This document shows positions 24,343 to 46,200 of a DNA stretch of 64,000 nt, piece by piece. Below the pieces are notes generated by a model that was not told the DNA's origin, ran no database searches, and saw nothing but the letters and a program-made list of their open reading frames with translations. The stretch lies in assembly GCF_009914755.1 (NCBI RefSeq), contig NC_060927.1. One strand, written 5' to 3'. Every line of letters starts with the position of its first letter. Positions within the stretch are counted from its first letter, which is position 1. This stretch comes from the human T2T-CHM13v2.0 reference genome, Homo sapiens. A program made the position numbers and the translations under genes.

Positions 24343-25899
24343 TCAAAAAAAAAAGAAAAAAAAGCAAAGCTGTTCAGGCTAAACAAGAGTTCCACTTTCT
24401 GAAGAGGCCTTCTTGGAATTTATTTTATTATCTTAATCATCCTGAAGACTTGTTAAAAATAAAGATTGCTGGTTCCTGAGAATCTGCATTTCCAACTAGT
24501 TCCTGAGTGACACTAACACATCACTCCCTTAAGACACTTCAATTGTCAGAGACAGCCGCATAAAAGCCCAGGCCTTGAGAGAATGTTCATTTTCTTGGCT
24601 CTGAGGCAGCTATACCACCCTCTTTTTGTAAGAAATTTCAGGATTAGGGGAGACCACTGCATCGGGAAGTGTGAACAAGCAGAAGGCAATATTGGGAAAC
24701 TTGTTGAGGCTTCTTCTTCAGAAAACCATGGGAGCCTGGAAAAGTGGCACACACCCCAGCTACTTGAGAGGCTGAGGTGGGAGGATCTTCTTGAGCCCAG
24801 GGGTTCAAGGCTGCAGTGCACTATGATATGGCGACTGTGAATAGTCACTGCACTCCTGTCTGGGCAACACACCGAGACCGCCCATCTTTAAAAACAAAAA
24901 ACACAGCCTGCTTTTTGTTTAAAAAAAAAAAAAACAAACCCTTATTTTCAAAAAACGGAAAAATTAGCCAGGCATGGTAGCGCATGCCTGCAGTCCCAGC
25001 TACTCGGAAGGCTGAGGTGGGAGGATCACTTGAGCCTGGGGAGGTTGAGTCTGTGGTGAGCCGTGGTTGTACCACTGAGCTACAGCCTGGGTGACAAAGT
25101 GAAACCCCATCTCAAAATAAATAATAAAAACAGAACAAAATTAAGAAAAAGAAAAGATGGGGAGATAGAATATGAGAGAGATGATAAACATTCATTCTTC
25201 CCAGTTCTATATGGTTTGGGATAGCTCGCTGCTTGCTCTGCCTCTCACACTTCCCCCTTGAGGGAAAAAAGGATTCTTAAAGCATCAAACAGACTAAATT
25301 CTGGATGGTTTGCACTTTAAGATGGGAGCTTGCTAAATTACTTGTAAAAATAGATGATTCTTACAGAGTTCTGTCATTTAGTCATTAATTTTTTACTGGG
25401 TGCCTACCACATGGCAGACCCAGTATGCTCTAAAAAACCCAAAGATGTACAAGGTCAGGGATGGGAACATTTATATATGTTCCCACAGGATATATTTTGG
25501 TTCAAGTCAAGGGAGATCTTTGCTTGATAAGTATTTAAGCTGAGAACTAAAGAACTGAGTGGTTATGAGGAGGAAGACAAACCTTTTCTCTCTCTACATT
25601 CCCTCTCCTCTAATCCCACAGTTTAAAATTCCATCTATAGGTTGATGACACCTGAATTTATAATTCAAGACCTCTAGACCTCTCACCTTATTTTCAGACT
25701 TTTATGTAGCATGTTTCCAAATCTACTCATTATATAGTCTTTCCATCTCTAATGGCATTCTATCCTTCTATGTTTTTTGCAAAAAACCTTGGAGTCATCC
25801 TGGACCTCCTCTTTTTCACACACCACAGCCAACCCATCAGAAAATCCATTGCCCTTGACCTTCAAAATGTGCCCCAGAACCTATTTCTCCCCCAGCTCC

Positions 25900-26580
<681 letters not shown>

Positions 26581-26789
26581 CTCAACTTTCCGCTGAGGAA
26601 ATTAAACTCCACTGAATTTTTTTTCCTACTCAAAATTGGTCATTCCTTTGTTACCCTTGCTGGCTCCTCTTCTTCCTGATTTAAATTATTTATGTACTTA
26701 TCATTTGAGCTTGGGCGGTCAAGGCTGCAGTGAGCCCAGACTGTGCCACTGCACTCCAGCCTGGGCGACAGAGGGAGATTCTGTCTCAA

Positions 26790-28518
<1,729 letters not shown>

Positions 28519-28736
28519 TTACTTTGTACCTAGGAAAGCCAATAACTGACAAATGGTACAGAACATCACATACTAGGTTATTTGAAACAAACGATGAGCA
28601 TCTTATAAGTTAGATGTCAAAAAAGAAGCCATATTTAAGTGGAAACATAACTTGAGCTCTCAATCTGGCTAACAGGGAAGTACCAAAGCTATTCCTTTAA
28701 GGCTCTTTTGGAACTCATTCTTCCTACCAACTCTAG

Positions 28737-29168
<432 letters not shown>

Positions 29169-29527
29169 TAATGTGTATATAAAGGCTCTAGCACTGTGCC
29201 TGGCACAGAACAGCACTGGTTTAACATTACCATAATAATTCCTTCTGGAAGAATTAAGGTTCTAAGGTACTATGGATCCTCTAATCTTCAGTGTATATGA
29301 ATTTCACATAATGTATTTAAAATAGGTTTTGAAGAGCAGGGAACTAGAGGGCATTAAGTGTCTCAAAGGAAAGGATAAATGAAGAAGAGAAAGGGACAAA
29401 CCAATGCTAAGGTTGTACTTTGTGATCTATACTTAAGCTAAAGCATTTTCATCTGAATGGTGGTTGTAGCTTTTTCACATTTATGTCATAGCACACATTT
29501 AGTAGTCACGAGCAAGCCAACACTTAC

Positions 29528-29650
29528 CAGTCTGGATAGGATCGACCACTTGCTCAGGTTGGAAACAAAAGTTGGTATCTTCTGGCCAGTTCTGGCTATT
29601 TGGGTATTCCTGGTAGGCCATTTTCTCTTCAAGGAATTCAGTTGGAGACC
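29528..29650 (-). CDS. MAP4: MAP4 coding exon, 123 nt ([41 protein letters not shown])
   Basis: Minus strand ttttaag|GGTCTCCA...CAGACTG|gtaagtg; manual translation matches the recalled MAP4 N-terminal region. Confidence 0.95.
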
Positions 29651-31113
29651 CTTAAAATAGAGACACAAAACAAAAGTTACAAGATATTACAGTTTTCTCC
29701 TCCACTACAGTGGAATTTCTACAAAGTATTACAGCTAGTACAATATAAAAAATCCTATCTAGCTAGTGTCTTACAAGAAAACTTTTTTCTTTTAATTGAA
29801 AGATAAAAGGAGCTGGGTGCAATGGTGCGTCTGTAGCCCCATTTACTTGGGAGACTGAGAGAGGATTACCTGAACCCAGGAGTTTGAGGCTGTAGTGCAC
29901 TATGATCACACCTGTGAATAGCTACTGCACTCCAACCTGGGCAACATAGCAAGACTCTGTCACTAAAAAAAATTTTAGATAGAAGGAAATAAAGTAGGTC
30001 ATTAAGGTTAAAAAAACACTACAGAGTGACTTCTAGGTTATGCAGGCACGAAGAGGGTAGTGATTTCTCCACATGAAAGAACAAGGATAAAACTGTCAAA
30101 AGCAACAATTTCAGGGAGCTGGAATTAAAAAAAAAAAAAGCCAGCCTAAATAAGTGGAAAGGTATAACATGCTCAGGAATGAAAGATTCAATACTGTTAA
30201 GATGGCAATCCTGAAAATGACCAATATATTGAAGAAAGTACAAAATAAGCTCATTCCATAATTTATATAAAAATGCAAAAAACCTAGAAAAGCCAAAACA
30301 ATTTTGAAGAAAAACAGTTGAAGGGCTTACATAACCTGATTTCAAAAGTTATTATAAATGTACCAACTCAGGCTGGGAGAAGTGGCTCACCACCTGTAAT
30401 CCCAACACTTTGGGAGGCTGAGGCAGGCAGCTCACTTTGAGGTCAGGAGTTCGAGACCAGCCTGACCAACATGGTGAAACCCTGTCTCTAGCAAAAATAC
30501 AAAAATTAGCTGGGCATGGTGATGCATGCCTGTAATTCTGGCTACTCAGGAGGCTGAGGCACGAGAATCACTTGAACCTGGGAGTGGGAAGGTTGCAGTG
30601 AGCCAAGATTGCGCCACTGCACTACAGCCTGGGTGACAGAGCAAGACTGTACCAACTCAGCATGGTATTGACAACGTGGTATTGGAACAGAACAGGTTCA
30701 GAACGTGGTACTGGAACAGAACAGGTTCAGAAAGAAACATACAAAGTTAGGGTCAACTGGCTATCTACAAACATAATATAATTCAACATAATTATATTCA
30801 ACCCAGAAACAAATTTTTTTTCAACAAATGATACAGAAACAATTGGACACTGACCACATACCATATGCAAAAGTTAACTCCAAACAGATCAAAGACCTAA
30901 CGTAGCTCACTTGCTAACTTATTATGCAAAAAAAAAAAAAAAAAAAAAAAAAAAAGACAAGACAAAGACCTAATGTAAGAGTTAAAACTAAAAAAACTTA
31001 TAAACAGGAAAAAATCTTTGTGACTTTGGATTAGGCAAAGATTTCTTAGACATGTCACCAAAAGCACTATCTGTAAGAGACAAAATATATAAATGGGACA
31101 CCATGAAAATTTA

Positions 31114-31278
<165 letters not shown>

Positions 31279-31321
31279 TTAGCTGGGCCTGGTGGCCTGT
31301 GCCTGCAGTCCCAGCTACTCA

Positions 31322-31426
<105 letters not shown>

Positions 31427-31461
31427 TCAAAAAACAAAACCAAACAAAAAAACAAAAGACA

Positions 31462-31790
<329 letters not shown>

Positions 31791-32061
31791 ACAACAAAGG
31801 TACTATTAAAGAAAATGAAAAGAGAAGTCATAGACTTCGAGAAATATCTGCAAATCATAAATCTGATAAAAGATTTGTATGTAGAAGAGATTATAATCTC
31901 TTACAATACAATTATAAGATAAACAACTCAATTTAAAACTTGATGGCCAGCTGCAGCGGCTCATGCCTGTAATCCCAGCACTTTGGGAGGCCAAGGTGGG
32001 CGGATCACAAGGTCAGGAAATCGAGACCATCCTGGCTAACACAGTGAAACCCTGTCTACTA

Positions 32062-32223
<162 letters not shown>

Positions 32224-33107
32224 CTAAAAAAAAAAAAAAAAAAATTGGCTAAATATTTCAATAGACATTTTACCAAAGAAAATATATAATGCGTAATATG
32301 CACATGAATGAAGCTCATCAGTCCTTAGGGAAATGCAAATTAAAACTACAATGAACTCCTACTACAAAACCACTAAAATGGCTGTTATCAGGCCAGGCAC
32401 AATGGTTCATGCCTGTAATCCCAGTACTTCGGGAAGCTGAGGCAAGAAGGTCACCTGAGCCCAGGAGTTTGAGACCAGCCTGGGCAACATAGTGAGACCC
32501 TGTCTCTACAAAAACATACAAAAAAAAAATTAGCCAAGCATGGTGACGAGTGCCTTTAGTTTCAGCTACTCAGGATGCTAAAGCAGGAAGATTGCTTGAG
32601 CCTGGGAAGTCGAGGCTGCAGTCACCTGTGATCACACTACTGCCTTGGTGACAGAAAAAGGCCCTATTTTTTAAAAAAGGCTGTACAAAAAGACTGACAG
32701 GAGCAATTTTGAGAATGTGTAAAATGGTAGTTTGGTGGTTTCCTTTTATTTACTTATTTTTGTTTTTCTCAAAGTTGCTCTTTTTTTGTTGTTGAGACAG
32801 GGTCTTGCTCTGTCATCCAGGCTGGAATGCAGCGGTGTGGATCATGGCTGACTGCAGCCTCAACTTCCCAAGCTCAAGCAATCCTCTCACCTCGGCCTCC
32901 CAAGTAGCTACAAATATAGGCACTTGCCACCACACCTGCCTAATTTAAACAAAATTTTTTTTTTTTTTTTTTTTGTAGAGACAGGGTCTCATTATGTTGC
33001 CCAAGCTGGTCTCCAACTTCTGGGCTCAAGCAGTTCTCTGATCTCAACCTCCTCAAGTCCTAGGATTACAGGTTTGAGCCACTGTGCCTGGCTCCATCTG
33101 TATTTTT

Positions 33108-33213
33108 AAAGACTAGTCAAGTACAACAGTGAGAAGCAGGGAAAGAGTGGAACGTGGAGTTCAATCTGTAACTGACTGAACAATTGAGATAACTCACTAC
33201 CTTTGGACCAGCC
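33108..33213 (-). pseudogene. Y1 RNA (RNY1) retrocopy
   Basis: Reverse complement GGCTGGTCCAAAGGTAGTGAGTTATCTCAATTG...CTTGACTAGTCTTT matches hY1 with small deletions; A-rich flanks. Confidence 0.9.
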
Positions 33214-33214
33214 T

Positions 33215-34030
33215 CTTTTTATTTTTTAAATAACAGTTTTATCGAGTATAATTCACAAAATTCACTCTTTTAAAGTCGAGTTCAAAGGTTTTTTAGCATA
33301 TACACAGTTATACAACCATCACCACTATCTAACTTCAGAACATTTTCTTCACTCCAAAAAAGAAATCCCATATCTTTTCTCCTTTCCCACTTTCCCCTAC
33401 CCCTCGGTAACCACTCGTCTACTTTTTGTTCCTAAGGATTTGCCTAATCTAGATATTTCATATAAATGAAGTCACACAATATGTCATCTTTTGTGACTGA
33501 CCTCTTTCATTTAGCACAATGTTTTCAAGGTTCATCCATGCTGTAGTATGGTAACTGAACTTTATTCCTTTTTATAGCCAAATAACATTCCACTGTGTAG
33601 ATCCACCACACTTTGTTTATCCATTAATCAGCTGACATTTGGTTGTTTCTACTTTTTGGATATTGTGAATAATGCTGCTATGAACATTCACGTACAGGTT
33701 TTTGTGGGAACGTGTTTCAATTATCTTTGATATATCCCTAGGAGTAGAACTGCTGGGTCATAAAGCAACTTTATGTTTAATATTTTGAGACACTGCCAAA
33801 CTGTTTCCAAAATGGCTGCGTCATTTTACAATCCCAATAACAATACATGAGGACTCCAGTTTCTTCACATCTTCACCAACATGTTGTTATCTTTTTTTAT
33901 CGTAGTCACCCTAGATGTGGTAAGAAGTAGCATCTTATTGTGGTTTTGATTTGGACTGCTCTAATGACTAATGATGTTGAGCATTTTTTCATGTGTTCAT
34001 CTGGCATTTGTATGTTTTCTTTGGAGACGT
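33215..34030 (-). mobile_element. L1MB-type 3' end, antisense
   Basis: tttagcacaatgttttcaaggttcatccatgctgtag, gtgaataatgctgctatgaacatt. Confidence 0.7.
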
Positions 34031-34223
34031 GAAATGAGTGGGGTCTCATTATGTTGCCCAGACTATTCGGGTGCAGCGGCTGTTCACAGGTGCAATCATA
34101 CTGCCTTGCAGCCTCAAACTCCTGGGCTCAAGTAATCCTCTTGCCTCTGCAAGAGACACCTACAGCTGAGACCACAGGTGTACACCACCATGCTTGGCTA
34201 TCTTTTTTTGTTTTTATTTTTGA

Positions 34224-34376
<153 letters not shown>

Positions 34377-34832
34377 TAATTTTTGTAGAGAAGAATCTCA
34401 AAAGCATTATGCTAAGTGAGGAAATCAAGATACCAAAGAATATATATTGTATGATTCCATTTATATGAAATTTCTAGAACATACAGAACTATAACAGGAA
34501 GCAGATCAATGGTCACCTGAAACTGTAGGTCAGAAAAGGGACTGGCTTTGTAAATGGGCTCAAGGGAACTTTTAGGGTAATAAAAAAATGTTCTAACGAT
34601 GGATTACACTGATGGTTGCACAACTCCATAATATTACTAAGAATCATTTCGACTCCGTAATTTTACTAAGAATCATTTACTTCCACACTTACAACAGGTA
34701 AATTTTTGGGTATGTAAATTACACCTCAATAAAGTTTTTTTCTTTCTTTTTTTTGAGACAGGGTCTCACTCTGTCACCCAAGCTGGAGTGCGGTAGTACG
34801 ATCATAGCTCACTGCAGCCTCGACCTCCCTGA

Positions 34833-35138
<306 letters not shown>

Positions 35139-36923
35139 TGATCTGCCTGCCTCAGCCTCCCAAAGTGCTGGGATGACAGGCATGTGTCACTGCACCTGGC
35201 CCCAAAAGCCAACTTTAAATGGCATTTCAACACAAGTAGGTTCCCCAGAGCTGAATGTGGTGAAATTGGGTTAATTATGTAGTTTAATTTTCTGTACTCT
35301 ATGTATGTATTCATCACCATTTCAGTAGATATGTAAGGCCAATTTTACATAGGTCACACATACTTGTTTTTAAACACTGCTGGAGAAGAAATCTCAAGGC
35401 TGACCGAAGCAACAGACTCAGGCACTGGGTAAAGAGAGGGACAGGACATCAAGAGCTAATCTACTGGTGGTGACCAGGCAGCACTGAATCAACAGCACCA
35501 CAACATATTAAATAATTTTTTTAAAAAAGTGATTAGGGTTTTGAACCCTACTTTTCCCCAGTCAAATTTCTACCCTTTCAATACCTTTTAGTATCTGCTG
35601 TATACTGATGGCATAGTTTTGAGACAGCGTCTCCTTTTGTCTCCCAGGCTGGAATCCAGTGACTTGATCTCAGCTCACCCTAAACTCCGTCTCCCAGGCT
35701 CAAATTATCCTCTCACCTCAGCTTCTTGAGTACTGGGACTACAAGCACGTGCCATCACGCTCGGCTAATTATTGTATTTTTGGTAGAGACAGGATTTCAC
35801 CATGTTACCTAGGCTGGTCTTGAACTTCTGGGCTCAAGGAGTCCACCCATCTTGGCCTCCCAAAGTGCTGGGATTACAGGCCACCGTGCCTGGCCCAGTC
35901 TGCTTTCTTATAAACAATATTAGTGCGGCTCATAATTTACATATTACTAACAAACGAATCAGTGACTCCTTCTATTTCACACCCTCAGCTCTTTCCTTGT
36001 TTTTTTGTTTTTTTCCCCCAGTGGTAACCTCAGAACTTTAAAGTGAAAGGAACCTAGAGGATCACCTAATCCAAACCTCTGAAGTTTAAACCATGCCACA
36101 TTTGTCCAGATAATTCATTTACCAATTTAAGCACATACTGTCAATCGCTACTCCAGGCATTAGTGATTCAGCAGTAAACCAAATGGTGAAATGTCCTGCT
36201 CTCATGGAACTTAGATCACCACCATCACCACCCTATGCTTAGGCACTACGAAAACACAGAAGCAAGTATTAGCCTAGTTGAGAGTTTAAGACATGCCCAA
36301 TGATGCAAACCTCTGCAAGCTTTAGTTTTCATAACTAATACCTACTTCATAAGGCTAAGATATGTGAAGTGCTTAGAAAATTATGAGAAACATGCTAAAT
36401 TATTGCTAATCCTATAATAACCATTATGGTTTATGTAGGACAAGTGTCTACAATGCAGTAAGTGCTACTTATAGGAGTTTAAAGAACAGTCACATAACAC
36501 AGTCGTGGGATGATCTAGGATCTTCCTGTAGGAGACTAGAACTTAATTGAATCTAGGAAGATAGAAGGATGTAATTAAATGAAGCTGGGAAACAGAGAAA
36601 GAGACAAAGTGGGGAAGACACACAGCAAGCAAAATAGAAGTTAGGGCCATGGGCAAGAATGGGAAAACCAAGAGCATATCACTTTGGATGAAACACATTT
36701 ATGAAGGACAGCAGTTCTTCATAAACGGCAGCTAGAGTTTCAAAGGCCAAATAGAAACTTAAGATTTGTCTGCCTGAATGCCTTCTAAAGGGAAACCCAC
36801 CCCTAGGAACCATCCCATTCCTCTATTTGGTCCTGGTGTTTTGCTTTCCCCACCGAAGAAGTAGACTTGTGATTCAAGCAGGCCCAAAGCCCTTTTGGAG
36901 AAACCTGATATACAGACATTTTA

Positions 36924-37259
<336 letters not shown>

Positions 37260-37514
37260 TTAGGAATATACCTCAAAAAAATTAAGAATTTTATATAAGA
37301 ATATAAAATTAAGAATATAGCTGCCAGTGGCCATCTTTCTCAACCCTGAAAGACACTGCCTAAGAATGAAGCCAAAGAAGGTGTAGGGAGGAAAGAAGGG
37401 GAGAAAGAGGAGGGTGGGAGAGAGACAAAGAAGGAGAAGAAGGAGAGAAAGAGGCCAGGCATGGTGGCTCACACCTGTAATCCTAGCACTTTGAGAGGCT
37501 GAGGTGGTGGATCA

Positions 37515-37787
<273 letters not shown>

Positions 37788-37982
37788 TTATTCTAAAACC
37801 CTTATATGTTAAAAAAAAAAAATCTAGCTACAAGCACGCAACAAAATATACAAATATACAATGCCTAGTTCTTATAATGGCACACGTAACATTGAGGAAA
37901 TCTCTAAAAACAAAGCTTCTTCACAGGACAGAAAAGCAATCTAAACCAAAAAGAGATATGCTAAAGAAGGAAAACAGAACTA

Positions 37983-38315
<333 letters not shown>

Positions 38316-38861
38316 TCAGGAGACCCAGGTTCTAATCTTGACTCTGCCACTTAACTTTGGGTGTGACCTTAAGACTGTTAGAGCTACACTACTCATCCAG
38401 AATTAAAAAAAAAAATTGTGCTACATAATTTCTGAAGCCCATTTTAATTTTAAAATTAATTCTGAGACTTTTGACTTATCCATTCATCTTTATAATTCTC
38501 AAAAATCTGGTAAAACATAACTTACAAATAAGACTCAGCAGTTATTAGACAGATGAAATACTTGGTCATTTAAGTAGATGAAAGTACTCATTACTTGTCT
38601 AAGCCAGAAAAATGACGATGAATTAAAGAACAAACCACAGCATCCTCGGGAAGGTTCACAAGTGGCATATACACTGAGCAGAGGGGAAGAAAAGGTGATG
38701 AAACTTGGATAAACGCCTTTTTAAATTAGTAAAAATATTAAAAGCAATATGTTTTTTCATAGGATTAATATATTTGTCTTAGTTCTTGAATCACAAAACA
38801 CAAATGTAATAAAACAACCCCATTCTGGATTACTGCAGTGAAATTAATCAGAAAATTATAG

Positions 38862-39195
<334 letters not shown>

Positions 39196-39522
39196 TGATC
39201 CGCCCGCCTCAGTCTCCCAAAGTGCTGGGATTACAGGCATGAACCACTGCACCCAGCCATTTTTCTTCTTTTATTATTATTATTAAATATTCTAAAAAAT
39301 CTATAGAGGGAAAGGAGGGAGAGAACAGCTGGGCACCAGCAGACATATTTGAGTTCTTACTTTTATTTTATTGAGACAAGATCTCTGCTGGGTGTGGTGG
39401 CTCATGCCTGTAATCCCAGCACTTTGGGAAGGCAGAGGCAGGCAGATCACTTGAGGTCAGGAGTTAGAGACCAGCCTGGCCAACATGATGAAACGCTGTC
39501 TCTACTAAAAATACAAAAATTA

Positions 39523-39690
<168 letters not shown>

Positions 39691-41038
39691 TTAATTGAGA
39701 CAAGGTCTGACTGTCTCCCAGGTATAGTGGCGCAATCACAGCTCACTGCGGCCTCAACTTCCTGGGCTCAAGCAATCCTCCCCTCTCAGCTTCTCCAGTA
39801 GCTAAGGACACAGATGTGTGCCACTATGCCCTTCTAATTTATTATTGTTATTATTTTGGGGGTAGAGACAGGGTCTCCATACATTGCCCAGGCTGGCGTT
39901 GAACAACTGGGCTCAAGCAATCCTCCGGATTTGACCTCCCAAAGTGCTAGGATTACATGCATGAGCCTCTATACCAGGCCCATATTTGAGTTCTTAACCC
40001 TGGCTTTGCCACAGGCTAACCATGTAAATTTGGGACAGCCCTTTCATCTCTCTTAGTCACAGTAATGACCTCTAAGGATACTTGTTCAGTTCTAAAATTA
40101 TGGTTAAGTAAAGAACATTCTTCAAGTCACATCCTATTTAGAGAAGGTGCACCTATCCATCTATTTCAAAGCTTATAAAGACGATGTGTTTAGGGCTTCA
40201 ACAACACAAAACATTATTACGGCAAATGTTAGATGCTAATCTAAAGCCTTCCTTACCCATCAAATGAACCCATCCCAGGCTTGTTCCCTACTACTCCAAC
40301 AGGAAAGTCATGCAGTAAGTATGCTGTCCCCTCATGGCTCCTGCTAGAGCCTGTGCTCCACTCTGCCCCTGTGCCTTTGCTCATGAGATCACTGATCCCC
40401 TGCTTGAAATGTCTCCTCCCTGATCCAATTCCAAAGCCACCACTTGGGCCTCATAGCTTCCACAGAACCTCTCTGATGACTTTAATGCTCATTTTCCACT
40501 ACTTAGCTCTTTTACCATTCACTGTTACTAGGAAAGAATTTAGTCCTTAAGCACATGTTTTCCTGTTAGTCTTTTTTTAAAAAATTAAAAAGCCTTTAAG
40601 TATTCTATTTATCATTAAAATTTTCATTATTTTACATGTTAGTAAGTGAACTCATTAATGTTTAAAAAGAAAATACTGTGCTTTTACTACTTTTATTTCC
40701 TCACAATGCCTAGCTAACTGCATGAGACAGAATAGTATTCAATAAATAAGTTGCTATCAAATTATCACAAGATCATTATTTGGGCTAAATGATGTAAGTT
40801 AAATTCACATTATACACCAAACTTCTTGGAAAGTGATTTGCATTTATTATAAAGAGCATAAGGTTGGTGACATAATGTTTTTTTTTAAAAAAGCATAAGG
40901 AATTCCAAAATAATTTAAACAATAGCCTATCATTTCTAAGATAGACATTAAAAACTCTGATTCTGCTTATATTTCTTACTCATGGTAAGAAACTGTAAAG
41001 AAATAGTTTTTTTTTTTTTTTAAACAACCACCTCTTGA

Positions 41039-41770
<732 letters not shown>

Positions 41771-41794
41771 TAATGCAGTAGAAAAAATACTTAC

Positions 41795-41830
41795 CACTAC
41801 CACTGGCCATCCCTAGAGACTTTGATTCTC
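41795..41830 (-). other. Candidate 36-nt in-frame MAP4 cassette microexon (GESKSLGMASGS)
   Basis: ctgtcccctgtccttccccattctacttttatag|GAGAATCAAAGTCTCTAGGGATGGCCAGTGGTAGTG|gtaagtat; stop-free in the phase-1 frame. Confidence 0.45.
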
Positions 41831-41959
41831 CTATAAAAGTAGAATGGGGAAGGACAGGGGACAGTTTTCTATCTCTGTGAAATTGAAGGCATTTAACAGA
41901 AAAGGCATATGGCTAAACACTTAAAGTACTAATTAAACAAGTAGCATATCTACATATCA

Positions 41960-43270
<1,311 letters not shown>

Positions 43271-46200
43271 TACTAAGGGCTGTGCTAGTATTTGGTCTCT
43301 AAACTCCTTTACAGTTTTAGAAGTCTGTTAGTCCAAATCCCTATATACTCCAGTGCAAGCTCACACTTCTAGCCTCCTACAGCCCCGTTCTTCCCTCTCC
43401 CCATTCCCTGCAGAAAGTCAAGAAATCCAAGACAAAGTTCAGGCTTCATTATGCTTTTGGGATAGAAGCTTAGCCATGTGAGAAATGAAAAAATACACAA
43501 CACAGTATCTCATTAAGAGCTAAACTTAATCATAAAGACGTTAAAATGGCATAACAATAAAAATTAAGAAAAATTAATGCTGGCAAAGGTGCTTCACAGA
43601 AAAGAAAGGGGAAAATGTCTGAATGTGGTATTTTCATTTACTACTGACAGTTTTTTTTAAATTAAAAACTTTTTTTTCTATTTATTTTTAGAGATGGGGT
43701 CTCACTTTGTTGCCTAGGCTGGAGTGCAGTAGCTATTCACAGGCATAATTATAGCTCACTGCAGCCTTGACTGAGCTCCTGGCCCCAAGTGATTCTCCCA
43801 CATCAGCTTCCCATGTAGCAGGGACTACAGGTACATGCCACTGTGCCCTGACAATCACCACTGTTTTTGTTTTTTGTTTTTTGCTTTTTTCATGCACACA
43901 GGGATACCAGTTACTGTTGACATTGTAAGTAACACATGTGAGAACATCTTAGATTATTAGATCAAACAAAGGTGACAAGGAAAATACGTGTATATTCATA
44001 TACATACATATCTTACAGAATGCTAAAATAGTTGTGGTAAAATCGTATTGATTGTTGAATCTGGAAAAATGTATAAAGTTCTTTCAACTTTTCTATAAAT
44101 TTGAAATTATTTCAAAATAAGCTGGGCATGGCGGCTCACACCTGTAATCATCGCAATTTGGGAGGTGGAGGCAGGAGGATCGCCTGAGCCCAGGCATTGG
44201 AGACCAGCTTGGGCAATGTAGCAAGACCCCAACCTCTACAAAAAAAATTTAAAAAATTAGCCAGGCACGGTAGTGCACACCTGTCGTCCCAGTTACTTTG
44301 GAGGCTGAGGTGGGAGGATTGCTTGAGCCAGGATTTCAAGATTGCAGTGAGCTATGATAGAACCACTGTATTCCTGGGCAACAGACCAAGACCCTGTCTC
44401 CAAAAACACAAAAGAAAAAAAACTTTCAAAATAAAAATAAAAGTATTTCAATAAAAAAAGTGACAGGAGAAAGCCTACTCCTTTCTCAGATTTTCAGCCG
44501 ACTCCATTTTTTATAATTAAATAGATCCAAATGTTCATATCCAACTATATTAGCGTCCTTCTCCACTGTATTAAACTAGCAAAAAGCCCACTAACCTTTC
44601 TTGATTTAAAATAATATTTTAGGCCGGATGCGGTGGCTCATGCCTGTAATCCCAGCACTTTGGGAGGCTGAGGCCCACAGATGACATGAGGTCAAGAGTT
44701 CAAGACCAGTCTGACCCATGTGGTGAAACCCCATCTCTACTAAAAATACAAAAATTAGCCAGGCGTGATGGTGCATGTCTGTAATCACAGCCACTGAGAC
44801 TGAGGCAGAAGAATTGCTTGAACTCGGGAGGCAGAGGGTGCAGTGAGCCCAGATCCCGTACTGCATTCCAGCCTAGGTGACAAAACAGGACTCTTTCCCC
44901 CACTCTCCCCAAAAAAGGCTTCAAACCCATCTCAATTAAAAAAACAAAAATAAATTAATGATATTTGACATCCCTACAATGGTTGGAAGACTCTGAGTTT
45001 AGCCCTCTAGCAATATTTGAAAACACCAAGGCATTTGAAGGAAATCTCCAGCAGGAAGGAGATAACTTTAAGATCACATAGCACACTTGTTTTGCTTCAA
45101 CCAGAAATTCTGCTGGATGTGTCTCAGAGTGGCCACAGGTGAAGGATGCTACCCTGAGACCATAATACAGGCTAAGTTGGCAGTAGCTGAGCTGTCAACT
45201 CAGAATACTGAATAGTTTCAGTATTCTACCTCCTACAACACTTGATTTATTATCATACTGAATGTACTTGTTCCTATAAACACACCTCTCTACACAACTT
45301 CCTATAAAAACATGTGTCCCTGGCAAGGCGTGGTGGCTCACGCCTGTAATCTCAGCACTTTGGGAGGCTGAGGCAGGTGGATCACAAGGTCAGGAGATCA
45401 AGAACAGCCTGATCAACATGGTGAAACCCTGTCTCTACTAAAAATACAAAAATTAGCTGGGTGTGGTGGCACACGCCTGTAATCCCAGCTAATCAGGAGG
45501 CTGAGGCAGAAGAATGGCTTGAACCTGGGAGGCAGAGGTTGCAGTGAGCCAAGATCACGTCACTGCACTCCAGCCTGGGCGAGAGAGCAAAACTCTGTCT
45601 CAAAAACAAAAACAAAAACAAAATGTGTCCCCATGCAACTTCCTTTCTCATTCTCCACAGTCTGTTATACATACTTTCTTTTCCAGCTCACTCCATCCAA
45701 AATATAGTATTTTACTTTATAGAAAATGATATTATATGACTGCTGTTTCCTCTACCATAAATTTATCTACATCAGAGTCCATCATTACTTCTTTCCTTCC
45801 TATTTATGAGAAAAATATAATCCCCCATTTTTATTTCTTTTTAATTTGGGGAAAATGCTAAACCAGAGAATATGCAAAATACACGTGATTCTCCTTTCCA
45901 AGGACAGCAAATATGCCCTTTATCACCTTCTTGCCACCCAGTCCTCCAACCTTCTAGACTTAATTTTTCATTCCTTCTCTCCTCATTTCTCCCCCTCTGG
46001 CTATGAGCACAGTTAAATCTCTGGCATCTTTAAAACACAAGTAAAATCCAAACTGTTTATATATATATCCCCTATAGAAGAATCTATGGATTAAAATAAA
46101 TTTAGATTCTAATTCTAACGAGCTAGTTTTTTTTTTTTAATTATGAGATAACTGGTGAATTGAATACTGACTGGATATTTGGTACTAGGGAACTGGTGTG

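Noticed and set aside
30673-30730. 29-bp tandem duplication (another near 34622-34680)
   Set aside because: Local slippage duplication inside an L1 fossil; no spacers, not CRISPR-like
45202-45227. 11-bp perfect hairpin (similar ones near 36698 and 47567)
   Set aside because: Too short for a pre-miRNA; no supporting context; bacterial terminator logic does not apply
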